A program made the position numbers and the translations under genes. Of a stretch of 64,000 nt of DNA, positions 46,141-57,892 are shown piece by piece. The notes beneath the pieces are model-generated. The model worked only from the letters and a program-made list of their open reading frames with translations. It ran no database searches and was not told the DNA's origin. The stretch lies in contig JABVCE010000047.1 of the NCBI GenBank assembly GCA_014905635.1, positions 1-64,000 on the forward strand. Reading direction: 5' to 3'. The stretch is from Scenedesmus sp. PABB004 (taxonomy: Eukaryota). The first letter of the stretch is position 1; each line of letters opens with the position of its first letter.

Positions 46141-47319
46141 CTACTTGCTCCTCTCCTTGGCCTTCTGCAGCTTCAGCACCTGCACGCGCGCGCGGCAGCG
46201 GCAGCAGCGGCAGGGCGGGCGGCGGGGGAGGGTCGGGGGCGGCCGCGGCGCGCGCGGCGCGCGGCGCTGCTGTGCGCGGGCCCGGAATCCTGCGCTGCCG
46301 CAGCGGGGTGCGGCGCAGCGCAGCCGAACACAGGCCCGCGGCCGCTCTGGCACTGTCTCTTCAGCGATCGGCCAGTGGGCGAGGCCGGCACTGCTTTTAT
46401 CAGTGCCGCGCCGCCGGCCGCGCGGGGGGCGCGCGCGCGCGCGCCCCCCCCCCCCCCTCCCGCCCGCCCCTGCCGGCCCAAGGGGCTTTGTCCCGCCGGC
46501 CACGCGGGCGCGGCGCGGCACTGTGTGCTGTGTGTGCTGTGTTGTGTGCTGTGTGCTGTGCCGTGCGGGGCGCACCTTCTTGACGATCTTCTGCTCCTCG
46601 ATGAGGAACGCGCGGATGATGCGCTCGCGCACGACGGCGTGGCTGAGGCAGCCGCCGTAGATGCGGTTCACGGTCTTGTGGCGCTTGGCGAGGCGCTTCG
46701 CGCTCGTCTCGCTCGGGCGGCGCTGGGGCAGCTGCGGGCGCGCGGGGGGAGGGCGCGCGCCGGGCGCGGCGGCGGCGCGTGGGCGGCGCGCCCGGCGGCG
46801 CGGCAGCAGGCGCGGCGGCAGCAGCAACGGCACCAGGGGTCGCTGCCGCCAGGTGCGCGGCCGCCGATGGGCGCTGCTGCCGGCCGCTGCCGCCGGCGCC
46901 GCCGCCGCTGCTGCTGCTGTCGGCGGCCGGCGCCGGCCCTGGCGCTGCCGCCGCCGCTGCAGCCGCCCGCCCGCCAGGCCCGGGCCAGGCCACTCACCCC
47001 GTGGAGGATCACGCCGGTCGCCCCGCAGCGCGCGTGCTTCGTGGGCTTCTTCTGGGTCTGCACGACCAGCTTGCCGCCTGGGGGGCGCGCCGGCGACCGC
47101 CGCGCGCGCGTCAGCTGGCCGCCCGCGCCCCCGCCGCCCGGGGCCGCGCCCCCGGGCGCGCTGGGGCCGGCGCCCGCGCCCGCGCCGCCCATCATCGCGC
47201 CCCGATGCCGCCCGGCGGCCCCCCCCGCTGGCGCCCGCACCCGGCGTCTTCAGCACGCGCGTCCGGTTGGACGCGGTGTTGTAGCAGTGCCGCCGCCGGT
47301 AGGTGAGGCGCTGCACCAT
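46141..47319 (-). CDS. RPL34: 60S ribosomal protein L34 (4 exons)
   Basis: [33 protein letters not shown]...[38 protein letters not shown]. Confidence 0.98.
   Translation of the reverse strand: MVQRLTYRRRHCYNTASNRTRVLKTPGAGASGGGRRAASGRDDGRRGRGRRPQRARGRGPGRRGRGRPADARAAVAGAPPRRQAGRADPEEAHEARALRGDRRDPPRGEWPGPGLAGGRLQRRRQRQGRRRPPTAAAAAAAPAAAAGSSAHRRPRTWRQRPLVPLLLPPRLLPRRRARRPRAAAAPGARPPPARPQLPQRRPSETSAKRLAKRHKTVNRIYGGCLSHAVVRERIIRAFLIEEQKIVKKVRPARHSTQHTTQHTQHTVPRRARVAGGTKPLGPAGAGGRGGGGRARARPPRGRRRGTDKSSAGLAHWPIAEETVPERPRACVRLRCAAPRCGSAGFRARAQQRRAPRAPRPPPTLPRRPPCRCCRCRARVQVLKLQKAKERSK
46268..46407 (-). ncRNA. Intronic box H/ACA snoRNA (140 nt) in the last RPL34 intron
   Basis: Hairpin 1: GGCACUG/CAGUGCC stem with pocket AUAAAAG / AAGAGA. 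Hinge AGAGCG (H-box variant). Hairpin 2: GCGGGCC/GGCCCGC and CUGCGCUGC/GCAGCGCAG stems with pocket UGUGUUCGG / GAUUCC. ACA lies 16 nt after the upper stem. Same strand as the host gene. Confidence 0.8.
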
Positions 47320-47742
47320 GGTGGCGGGCTGCGGCGCGGGGCGCGCCTGCTGCCGCTGGGGTCGGGCGGGTGACGCCCGGGCTGTTGCGACGGGAAGAGG
47401 GCGTCCCTGGCGGCGAGCGCAGGCCTGGGCGGCAGCAGCAGCAGCAGAGGCCTTGAACCCCGCTGGCTCAGGGCAAAACAGCGCCCAGGCGCGCTGGGAC
47501 CGGTGCCAGCGCACAGCCACGACCCCCCGCCCCGCTCCCAGGCCGGTCCGGGCGGCCCGCGCGTGACGAGCGCCCGCGCGCCCCGCTGCGCCTCGGCGCG
47601 GCCCCCGCACGGCCCCGCAGCCCGCCCCGACATGTGCTGAGGCCTGGGAGACCGCCCGCGCGCCGCTCGGGCGCGCCCGGCAGCGCGCCGCGCCCGGGCC
47701 GCGGGCGCGCAGGCTGGGCGCCGCGCCGCGTCGCCTGGCGCC

Positions 47743-50307
47743 ATGAACAGGCGCGCCGGGACGCGCCGGGCGCACCCTGCCGGCCGCACCGACGCGCAGC
47801 CGGCGGCGCGGCGCCGCGGGACGGGCGCGGGGGCCGCGGCGGCCGTTCCCGCCGCGCGCGCTGCTGCTGCGCTGGCGCGCGCGCCCGCCGACCGTGCGTG
47901 CGTGCCGCCCGCCCGTCTGTCGGCGCCAGGTACAAGGTGGTCAAGCAGCTGGGGGACGGCACGTATGGCAACGTGTGGAAGGCCATCAACCGGCAGACCA
48001 ACGAGGTGGTGAGCTTGCACGCTCACTCTGGAACGACCGCGCCCGCGCAGCGAGGGCCGCCGCGCGCCGCGACGCGGCAGCAGCGCCCGCTGGCGGCGCG
48101 CGGCACCGCCCCCGCAGCGCGGGCGGGCGCCCCCGGGAAGGAATGCGCGCGCGGGGCGGCGCGCCGCCATGCTGCTGCCGCGCCGCGCCCGCCCCGCGCC
48201 CGCTCACACCTCGCTCCCACACACCCCTGTGTCCTCCCCTGTCCCCAACAATCGCCTCCCCCCTCCCGCACCCACCCACCCACGCACCCATCCACCCCCC
48301 CTGCTGCCAGGTGGCGATCAAGAAGATGAAGCGCAAGTTCTTCAGCTGGGAGGAGTGCATGGCGCTGCGCGAGGTGCGCAGCCTGCGCAAGCTGAGCCAC
48401 CCGGGCGTGGTGAAGCTCAAGGAGGTCATCCGGGAGAACGACGAGCTCTTCTTCGTCTTCGAGTACCTCGTGAGAGCGGGGGCGGGGGGGGGGCAGGGGG
48501 GCAGGGGGGCAGGGGGGCAGGGGGGCAGCCGCGTGCTGGCCCGCGCGCTCGGGCTGCGCCGTCTCCCTCTCTCTCTCTCACCGCACCCCCCCCCCCCCCC
48601 CACACACACACTCACACCACCACCACCACCACCACCACGCCTCAACCCCGACCCCCCCCCCCCCCCCCCCCCCTAAACCCCAGGACTGCAACCTCTACCA
48701 GCTCATGAAGGACCGCGACCGCCTCTTCCCCGACGACCGCGTGCGGCGCTGGATGTACGCGGTGCTCGCGGGCCTCGCGTACGTCCACCGCCACGGCTAC
48801 TTCCACAGGGACATGAAGCCAGGTGACCGCCTCGCACCCGCGGCAGCAGCAGCACGCGCGCCCGCGCCGCTGCTGGCGGCGCTGCGCGGTTCCGTGACAG
48901 CCGGCGCCGCGCCGCCGCCGCGCCAACCCCCGCGCGCCCGCGGCCCCCCCCCCCCCCCTGGTCCCCCCAGAGAACCTGCTGGTGAGCAAGGAGGCGATCA
49001 AGATCGCCGACTTTGGGCTCGCGCGCGAGATACGCTCCCGCCCGCCCTACACAGACTACGTGTCCACGCGCTGGTGACCGCGCAGCGCCGCCACCGCCGC
49101 CGCTCCCGCCGCCGCCGCGCTGCCGGCCGCGCGCCGACCCCTCTGTCTGCCCCCCGACCCCCCCCCCCTTCTCTCCATCGCCGGCGCGCCGCGCCGCCGG
49201 CGCAGGTACCGCGCGCCCGAGGTGCTGCTGCGCAGCCCGGTGTACGGCGCGCCGGTGGACCTGTTTGCGCTCGGCGCGATCATGGGCGAGCTGCTGAGCC
49301 TGCGCCCCATGTTCCCCGGCGCGAGCGAGGCGGACGAGCTGGTCAAGATCGCGCAGGTGCTCGGCAGCCCCACGGCCGAGACCTGGCCCGAGGGGCTGCG
49401 CCTCGCAGCGGCCATGGGGTTCAAGTGAGCCCGCCGGCGCCGGCGCGGCACGCCGCGTGCCGCGGCGCGCCGCCCGCGGGGGCCTGCGCTGGCCGGCGCG
49501 CGCGCCTGCCGCGGCCCCCAGCCCCCCTGCGGGCGGCGCCCTCCCCCGCCCACCACGCCCCTCCTCCTCTCCCCGCGCCCCTCGCGCCCCCCCCCTTTGC
49601 GCCCCCAGGTTTCCCTCTTACCCGCCCGCGCCGCTGTCCAAGGTGCTGCCGTCGGCGTCGCCCGAGGCGCTCGACCTGGTGTCCCGCCTCGTCGCGTGGG
49701 ACCCGGAGCGGCGCCTCACCAGCGAGCAGGCGCTGCGGCACCCCTACTTTGCGGTGCGGCGCCGCAGACGCGGCAGCGGCGCGGCGCGGCGCGGCACCGC
49801 GCCGGCGCGCGTCAGCCCGCCCGGCGCCGCAGCCGCTGCACGACCAGGCCGCAGGCAGGGCCTGGCGCCGCCCCCGTGCCGCGCTGGCTGACGCTCCCCG
49901 CCCCGCCCGCCCCGCCCGCCCGGCCGCCCGGCGCCGCAGCCGCTGCACAACAAGCCCCAGGCGGGCCTGCCGCCGCCGCCGCTGGCGGACCGCGCCAACA
50001 GCTACAACAGCGCCGGCACGCCCGCGGCGGCGCCCGCGGCGGCGCCTGCGGGTGCGGCCGCGGCGGCGCAAGCCGCGGCGCACGGGCGCGACGCCGGCGG
50101 CAGGCGGCTGTCGGGTGGGTGGCGCCGCGCTGCGCGTCGCGTCCTTGTTCCGCCCCTCCCGCCGCGCTGCGCCCGGCCCTCGTCCCCCGCCCGCCCGCCA
50201 ACGCCCCCCCCCTCTCCCCCTGCCTGCCCGCCCCGCCCCGCCTGCCCGCCCAGGCGACTTCCGCTTCAGCTGGAGCGATGAGAACCGCCGGGGCAGCCGC
50301 GGCGAGC

Positions 50308-50340
<33 letters not shown>

Positions 50341-51342
50341 GCGCGCCCGCCGCGTTCCCGCCGCCCGGCTCGGGCCTGCTGGGCAGCCTGCTGGCCGCGG
50401 GGCAGCGCCTGCAGAGCGGCGGCGCGCCGCCAGCGGGCGTGGGCGGCATCGTGCCGCGCCTCATGGCGCTGGGCTCGCTGCGCGCCAGCGGCGGCGGCAG
50501 CGGCGGCGGCGCCAGCGGCGGCGGCAGCGGCAGCAGCGGCGGCGGCGGCGCCCAGCCGCAGCGGCAGGCACAGGCGCAGGCGCAGGTGCAGCAGACGCAG
50601 CAGCAGCAGCTGCCGCCCGGCGGCGGCCTGCTGGGGCGGCGGCAGTCGGGCAATCCACCGCTGCAGGCGCCGCCGGCGTGGGTGGGCGGCGCGCACGCGG
50701 CGGGCGCCGGCGTGAGGGCGGCCGGCGGGTACGGCGGCGCCGCCTCCAGCAGCAGCGCGGCCGCCAGCGCGCTGGCGCCGCCCCTGCAGGCCCAGTCGCC
50801 ATACCTCGCCGGCGCGGGCCAGGCGGGCCTGGCGGCGCTCGGGGGCGCGCGGCGGGGCGGCGCCGGTGGGGCGGCGCCTGGGAGCTACCACCACACGCAG
50901 CAGGTGCAGGCGCAGCAGGCGTCGGCGCCGCTCGCGCCGCCGCCACAGCAGCTCCAGCAGCCGCAGCTGCTGCGGGGTGGCGGCGCGCCGGGCGCCAAGC
51001 TCGGCGGCAGCGGCTACACGCCGTCGTTCCTTGGCGCCGGCGGCGGCCGCGGCGTGGGCGGCTGGCAGGGCGGCGCGAGCGGGCCGCAGCAGCGCAGTGC
51101 GCAGCTGGCGCCGCTGCAGCCGCCGCCGGCCGCGGCCGCGGCCCACCACGGCCTGCAGCAGCTGCAGCAGCAGCACCAGCAGCAGCCGCAGCACCAGCAG
51201 CAGCGCCTGCCGCCGGGCGTGACCAGCCTGCAGCCCCCCGCCGCCAGCGCAGCCGCGGGGCCAGGCGGCGTCGGCGCGCTCGCGCCGCTGAGCTACCGGG
51301 GGAGCGGCGGCGGCTACGGCGGCCTGGGCGCCGCGCCGCCGC

Positions 51343-51379
<37 letters not shown>

Positions 51380-51620
51380 GCTCGCCAAGCCCGCTGGCTG
51401 GGGCGCCGGCGGCGGCGGCGACGCGGCGCTGAGCGGCGGCGGCGCGGGCGCCGCGCTGGGGCGCCGGGGGCTGCCCGCCGAGCTGCTGGCGCGCGCGGCG
51501 CCGGCGGGGGACGGCGGCCACGCGGCGGCCACGCACCCACAGGGGCAGCAGGCACACGTGTCGGTGCCGCCAGCGGGCGGCGCGGCGCGGCTACACAACA
51601 GCTACGGCCGGCGCGCCTGA
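47743..51620 (+). CDS. MAK/ICK (RCK family; plant MHK/CDKF-4-like) Ser/Thr kinase with long Gly/Gln-rich tail
   Basis: [72 protein letters not shown] (TDY activation loop). Confidence 0.95.
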
Positions 51621-52410
51621 GCGCCGGGCTGCGTGCCGCGGCGGCGCGCGCCTTGTCGGACGGAGTTGCGCAGGCCCCCACGGCGCTCGGTCGCCGTCGT
51701 TGCTTTCTCTCGCGCATGCAGGGCGGTTGCTTACCGGCAACAAGCGCTTGCGCCGCGGCGCGCGCGCGCGGAGGGGGCTGGGCCGGCCGCGCACAGCAGC
51801 AGCGCGCGCGGCTCGCGCGGCGCAGCGCGGCGCGGCCGGCGGCGATCGCCATGCCAGGCGCCAGCGATCACGCCGGCAGCCGACGGCGACGGCAGCAGAC
51901 GCGCCTGGGCCTCCCGCGCCCGGCACGCGCCACCGCGCGCACCTGCGCGCGGCAGCAGCGACAGCGCGCCGCCGCGCGGCGGCCCCGCCGCGGCCTGCCC
52001 GCGGCCGCGTGCTGCGCTGCGCTCACGACACAGCCGTGGCGGCACATCCGCCGGACGCGATGGGGCTGCGCTTGCCGGGCGCGAGCGCGTGCCCGCTGCT
52101 GTGCCCCGCGTGCTGCCCGCTCCGTGCTGCGCGCTCCCGCCCCGCCGCCCCGCTCGCCCTGCACACACGCGCAGCCCCCGCGGTCGCACCGCCAGCGAGC
52201 CACAGCGCGTGCTGCGCAGCGCCCACACCGCGCCGAGGCCGGCAGCGCCCTGCGCCTGCCTGCTCCGGAGCCGGAGCAGCGCGCCACCGCCGCGCCCCGG
52301 GCGCGCCAGACCATCACCGCCGCCGCGGCGCGTCGCGGCGCGGGCTCGCTGTTGTGAGGGCGGCCGCGCATCCCCGTGCTGAGCCGGCGCCGCAGCGCGG
52401 CGAGGGCGCC

Positions 52411-54850
52411 ATGCCCGAGGAGGACCACGCCATGGCCTCCGGCGACGCGGTGGACGCCCCGGACGTCGCCCCTGAGGCCAAGCCGGGCGGCGCGCTGCTC
52501 GCAAAGCCGGCGGGCGACGCGCCGGCGCCGCCGCTGTCCGCGGCCGCGGCGGCGCGGCAGCACGCGCCGGGCGTGTTCGCGGACGCCACGCTCGTGACGC
52601 CCTCCCAGGAGGCCTTCAGTGCGTGCCGCCGCGCGGCGCGCGGCGCGGCGCGGCGCGCGCCGGCGGCGCGCAGCGCAGTCGGCACGCAGCACGGCGCGCG
52701 AGCGCCGCGCTGCGCGCCGCGCCCGCGCCGCGCTGCTGCGCGCCGCGACCGCCTGACGCGCCCCTGCCGCCCCCGCCGCGCCGCGCGCAGCGGGCAGCCA
52801 GCTGGAGCAGATGCTCAACCCCGCGGCCCCCAGCCTGCCGCTCTCGCAGGATCTGCTGGGGATGATGGGCACGCAGACGCAGGGCAGCCAGTCCCTGGAG
52901 CGCCTCATGGCGGCCGAGGCCGCGGCGGCGGCCGCGCGGCCGCACGGCAGCGGCGACCTGGCGCCGCGCGGCGACGCGGCGCCGCCGCCGCCGGCGCCGG
53001 CGCCGCCGACCGAGCCCAAGGCGGAGGCCGACGCGGGCGGGGCGGCGGTCGCGGCGTACGGCGGCGACGACGACGAGGACGAGGGCGAGGACGGCGGCAG
53101 CGACGGCGGCAGCGATGGCGGCAGCGACGGCGGCGCGACGCCGGGCGGCGCGCGCGCGTCGCGCGGGCCCGACGGCGGCGCGGTCGACACGCCGGCCGCG
53201 GCGCTGCTGCAGCTGCAGCAGAGCATGGCCTCGCCCGGGGCCTCGCCCGGGGCGGTGGCCAACCTGCTGGGCGCGCTGCAGGGCGCGGGGCTGGCGCCCG
53301 CCGCGCTGAGCGCGGCGGCGGCCGCCGCGGCGGCCGCCGCGGCGGCGTCGGGCGGCCGCCACGCGGCGGCCGCGGCCGACGCGGCCGCGGCGGCGCAGCT
53401 GAGCTACATGGCGGCCGGCTACGGCGCGCAGGTCTACGACCTCGCCGCGCCGCCGTACGGCGGCGGCGGCGGCGGGCGCGCGCGCGCGTCGCTCACGACG
53501 CGCTGCCCGCGGCTGTCCAAGCCGGAGCACGCCGGCAGCGTCGCGAAGCGGCGCGGCCCGATGGACGAGATGCGCCAGCTGCAGCGCATCCTCACCAAGC
53601 TCCTGCCCGCGAGCGCGGCGTTCATGCCCGCGAGCGCCGAGGGCGGCGGCAACAAGGTGCAGGCGGACCAGATCAAGATCTACCTCGCCGCGACGCTGGG
53701 CGAGGCGCCGATGCCCGAGTGGGGCCTGCCCGACGGCTGGGGGCAGTACCTGGCCGACCTCTTCAACTGGGCGACGGGGCGCCGCGACGTGACCAACTTT
53801 ATGGCCATGGCGACCGCGCAGCGCCAGGCGGGGCGCAGCTGGGAGATCAACCACGCGCGCCTCATCGAGCTCGGCGTGTACGCGTGGAACTGGGAGGTCC
53901 CCCTGCGCGCGTCGCAGGTGCGCGGCTGCAGCCACGCGCCGCCGCCGGAGCTGCAGCGCCACCAGGCCGCGCTCGCGGCCGCGACGGCCGCGGCGGCCGG
54001 CTCCAAGCGCGGCGCCGACGGCGACGCCGACAGCGAGCCCGCCGCGGAGCGCCCGCCCAAGCCGCGGCGCCCGCGCAGCTCGGGCGCGGCCGCGGCCGCG
54101 GCGGCCGCGGCGGCGGCGCTCCCGCCGCCGGGCGCCGCCGGGGGCTGGGAGGTCGCGCCGCTCGCGGAGCTCGTGGCCGCGCCGTGCGGGCAGGTGCTGG
54201 ACTACGTGACGCGCGTGCTGCAGTCGTCGGTCGCGGCGCTCGCGGCGCGGCCCGAGTGCGCGACGCCGGCGGAGTGCGGGATGCAGGCCACCCTCGCGGC
54301 CGCGGCGCAGGGCGCGGGCGACCTGTGCGCGCAGCTGAGCGCCGCCGCGAGCCGCCTGCACCCGCCGTCCGCGGAGCAGCCGCGGCTGGACGGCGCGGCG
54401 CAGCTGAGCCAGATGAGCCAGGCCTGGGCGGCGGGCCTGCCCATGGCGGCGGGCGGCGGCTCGTCGCTGCGCGGCGCGCACGCCGCGCTGCACCTCGCTG
54501 CGGCGCTCGCGGCCGCGGGCGCGGGCCAGGACGGCGGCGCCGAGGCGCCCGTCCGCAAGAAGCGCGCGAGCGGCACCCGGCGCAGCGGCACGCGCAAGCC
54601 CGCGGCCAACGGCGCCGCGGCGGCGGCCGCCGCCGCGGCCGCCGCGGCCGCCGCTGCCGCGGCCGCGGCCGCCGCCGGCGGGTGCGGCGAGCAGGGTGAG
54701 GAGGGGTCTGAGGACGAGGAGGTCGCGGCGGTGCTGACGCACATGAGCCAGGGCGCCACCACGCCCGCCGCCAGCGGCGCGAGCGGCGGCGCGCCCAGCC
54801 CAGGCAAGCGCAAGCGCAAGTCGGACGCGCCGTCGGCGGCGGAGCCGTGA
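52411..54850 (+). CDS. Hypothetical nuclear protein with a central Trp-rich globular domain (2 exons)
   Basis: Long coding-biased exon. Domain KRRGPMDEMRQLQRILTKLLP...PEWGLPDGWGQYLADLFNW...RSWE...YAWNW. NLS-like RKKR and KRKRK. TGTAA at 54955. Confidence 0.8.
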
Positions 54851-55478
54851 CCGACGGGGCGTTCGCGGCGGCGGCACTTGCTTGCTGGCGAGGAGTGCCA
54901 CGGCGCGGCCACGGCGAGGCGGGATCACCCGAGCAGTCGGTCGGCGCGCTTGCATGTAATGCTGTTTCTGCCGCGGCCGCCGCCACAGGGAGCCAGGTCT
55001 GCCTCTAGCTCGCAGACAACAGAGTTACACATTAGTGTGTGGCAAGCCCAGCGCTGCTTTCGTACAGACAGTCTCTGGCGCGCAGTGAGTCAGCAGCAGC
55101 AGCCAGACGCAGAGGCAGGCGCCGACGGGCAATAAAACACAAGCCTGCAAATAACAGTGCGCCCGCCGTCGGCTGATAACTGAAGCTGAACAGCTTTTGG
55201 GAAAGGAATGACGAATGACAGCAGCACCCCCCCCCCCCCGCCCCCCGGGCCACGGCGCTCACATGCCAGGCCGTGCCACGCTGCAGATCCCCGTCGCCGC
55301 CACATGCCACGAGCTGCCCACCGCATACGGCCGCACACAACACGCGGCCGCGGCTGCCGGCACTGGCGTTTGCTTGGACGAGGTGGGCGGCGGCCCAGCC
55401 GCCGGGGGCGGGGCCCCCTTCATGCCCCGCCGCACGGGCTCCGCGCTCGCCAGGGCGCGACGGTGCTGGCGGCGCGCC

Positions 55479-56620
55479 TCACAGCTCGGCCGCCATCGCC
55501 GACGCCATCTCCGCGGCGAGCAGGGCCTCCATGTCTGCCTCGCCCAGCTCCATGCTGCCCCCGCTGCGCGCCTCGGCCAGCGCCAGCCCGCCGAGCTGGA
55601 CCTCGCACGCCGCCGTCGACAGCGCCGCCTCGACGGCGGCGGCGGCGTCGCGGATGGCTGGCGCCGACGGCGGCGCGGGCGCGGGCGGCGGTGCCGCCGC
55701 CGCCGCCGCCGTGAGCTCCAGCTGCGCCTCGCCGCACACGCCCCGCACCGCGGCGCGCAGCGCCGGCAGCGCGCCGTGCAGCGCCGCCGCCACGCTGGCG
55801 GGCTGCCCCGCGCCGCGCGCGGCCGCGGTCGCGGCCTTGACCTGCACCAGCAGCTGGTCGCGCAGCTGCGCCGCCACCGCGGGCGAGCCGTGCTCCGCCG
55901 CGAGCTGCAGCAGCGCGCGCACGACCACCGACAGCGCCGGCAGCGACGGCTGCGCGGCGCCGCCGGCCGTCGGCAGCTCGCGCGAGCGCTGGGGGTCGTG
56001 CGGCGCGCCGCCGCGCTTGGCGTCGAGCAGCGCCGCGGCGCGCTTTTGCGCGCCCGCCCGCGCCTGCGCGAGGCGCTGGCGCAGCGCGCGCTGCTGCCGG
56101 CTCGCCGCGTAGGCTGCGACCGCCTCTGCGTACGCGGCCGCCGCGGCCTCGCGCGCCGCGCCGGGCGACGCCTCGCCCGGCGCCGCCGCCCACGCGCGCT
56201 GCAGGTCGTCCGGCTCCGGCGTGGCCGCGCGGCTCGACGGCGTGCGCGCGGCGGAGCTGCTCGCGGAGGTCAGCCGGCGGCGGGCGCCGCTGCCGCTGCC
56301 GTCGCGCCGCCAGTCGCCCGGCGTCGCCCAGGTCACGCTGCGCTGCGGCGGGCGCCGCCCCCCGCGCAGGGCGGCGCCCCGGGGCGCGCTGAGCACCTCC
56401 GGGTCATCAGAGCCGGCTGCGCGCGGCGGCGGCGGACGGCGGCGGCGGCAGCAGCGGCAGCGGGTGAGCTCGGCCCGCCGCCGGCGCGCGCCGCCCCCCG
56501 GGTGCGAGCGAGCCGGCCCCTGACACTGAGCGTGCTCGCACCTTCAAACGGCGAACGCACGGCGCTGCTCTCGCTGCTTTCGCTTTCGCTGCTGTCGCCG
56601 CCTGGGGCGCGGCGGACCAT
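55479..56620 (-). CDS. Hypothetical protein, paralog of 62673-63692 (shared C-terminal domain); 5' part uncertain or frameshifted
   Basis: PSLPALSVVVRALLQLAAEHGSPAVAAQLRDQLL...CEVQLGGLALAEAR...EADMEALLAAEMASAMAAEL. Minus-strand TGTAA at 55025-55029. Confidence 0.6.
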
Positions 56621-57023
56621 GTCCGCCCCTTCTCCAGGGGTCACTGTAATCACAGGACGCACATCAGACGACCGCCTGCCGCCCGGCGCGGCTGGCTGGC
56701 CCGGGGGAGGCACCGATGCTGGCGCGGCCTGCACGCGGCGAGCCGCCGTGCTGCGAGTCCGGGAGGTGTACGAGGCGGCCGTGCGGCGCGTTCGGTGACG
56801 AATGCCGGGCGCGGGGGCGGCCCGGCGACGACGCGCGGCCGGGAGGCGGTCGCCGTGCCTCACTCGCGGTCACTCGCGGCGACCGGGCCGCCGGCGTCAG
56901 CGCCTGCGAGCGTGAGCCGAGGCGTGCCGGTCGCGGCCACCGCCGGCGGCGGCGGCCGCGCGGTGGACGCGCCGCCGCGTCACCCGCGGCGCCGCCGTCA
57001 GCCGCCGCGTGCGCTGCACGGGC

Positions 57024-57084
57024 CTACTTGCTGGCCGCCAGGCAGCCCATCAGCCCGAACCCGATCTCATAGTGCACGGCGTGC
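57024..57084 (-). pseudogene. Inverted fragment of the MenG 3' end
   Basis: HAVHYEIGFGLMGCLAASK* versus HAVHYEIGFGLMGCLVATK* at 61793-61852. Confidence 0.85.
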
Positions 57085-57111
57085 TGGCCTGCGCGCCAGC
57101 GGCCGCCGCTC

Positions 57112-57627
57112 GGCGTGCGTCCCCGGCGCGCCTCCCACGCCGCGCGGCGGGCGTGCGGCGCCTGCGCCCGCCCGGGCGCTGCCGCGCGCGAGACGCTTGT
57201 GGCGGGAGCGCGTCTGCGGCGTCCCTGGGTGCTGCGCGCGTGGGGGCTGCAGGGGCTGTGTGGTGCAGCGCCGGCCGGGCGCGCCGCGCGGCGCGCACGA
57301 TGCGCAACTGCGCCAGACCTCCGGTGAGGTTCACAATCCTTGCTGGAGCGCGGTGCAGCCCGCTGGCCAGCGCGCGTGCAGGTGCCGCCGTGGACGCTCA
57401 CCAGGCGCACGGCGCCAGCGCCTGGCCGCACGCCGCCTGGCGCGCCCGCACGCGCTCGGCGGCGGCCGTCGACGGTGCTCCCGCGGCGCCCCGGTGGTGC
57501 GGCAGGCTCAGCGCCGGCCAGGCCAGGCGGCTCGCAGCCGGGGCGGGCGCGTGCCTGGCGCCAGCGGAGAGCGGTGGCCGCGCGTAGCCGCGGGCAGCCG
57601 CGCGGTCGGGGCTCGCGGCCGCCGCGC
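57112..57627 (+). repeat. ~515-bp non-coding repeat, copy 1 (inverted relative to copy 2)
   Basis: Reverse complement aligns with 62030-62546 with few differences; shared core CGCCAGACCTCCGGTGAGGTTCACAATCCT. Confidence 0.9.
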
Positions 57628-57892
57628 CTCAAGGCAGGGCTTGGGCCGCCGCGCGGCGCGTCCAGCGCGGCCGCGACCCGGCCCGCTCTGGCAGAGCGTG
57701 ATCCACGTCTCGGCGTTCCGCGGGCCAGGCCCTTGCATCAACCACGCGCCACGCGCCGCCGCTGCCGTTCCCGCTGCTGCCGTTCCCGCTGCTGCCGCGC
57801 CGCCGATCTCCCCTCCAGCGCTGCGTGCGGCGCCGCATGCGGTTCCGGGGAGGCATCACGGTCCTGGGAGCGAGCGCGGGCGGCGCTGCAGC

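Noticed and set aside
730..56440. Apparent single-base frameshifts near 735, 2250, 20420, 23280 and ~56430, considered as programmed frameshifting or pseudogenes
   Set aside because: They fall in G/C runs or GC repeats within low-complexity regions of otherwise intact genes, with no slippery heptamer. Sequencing or assembly indels are more likely; read-level checking is needed.
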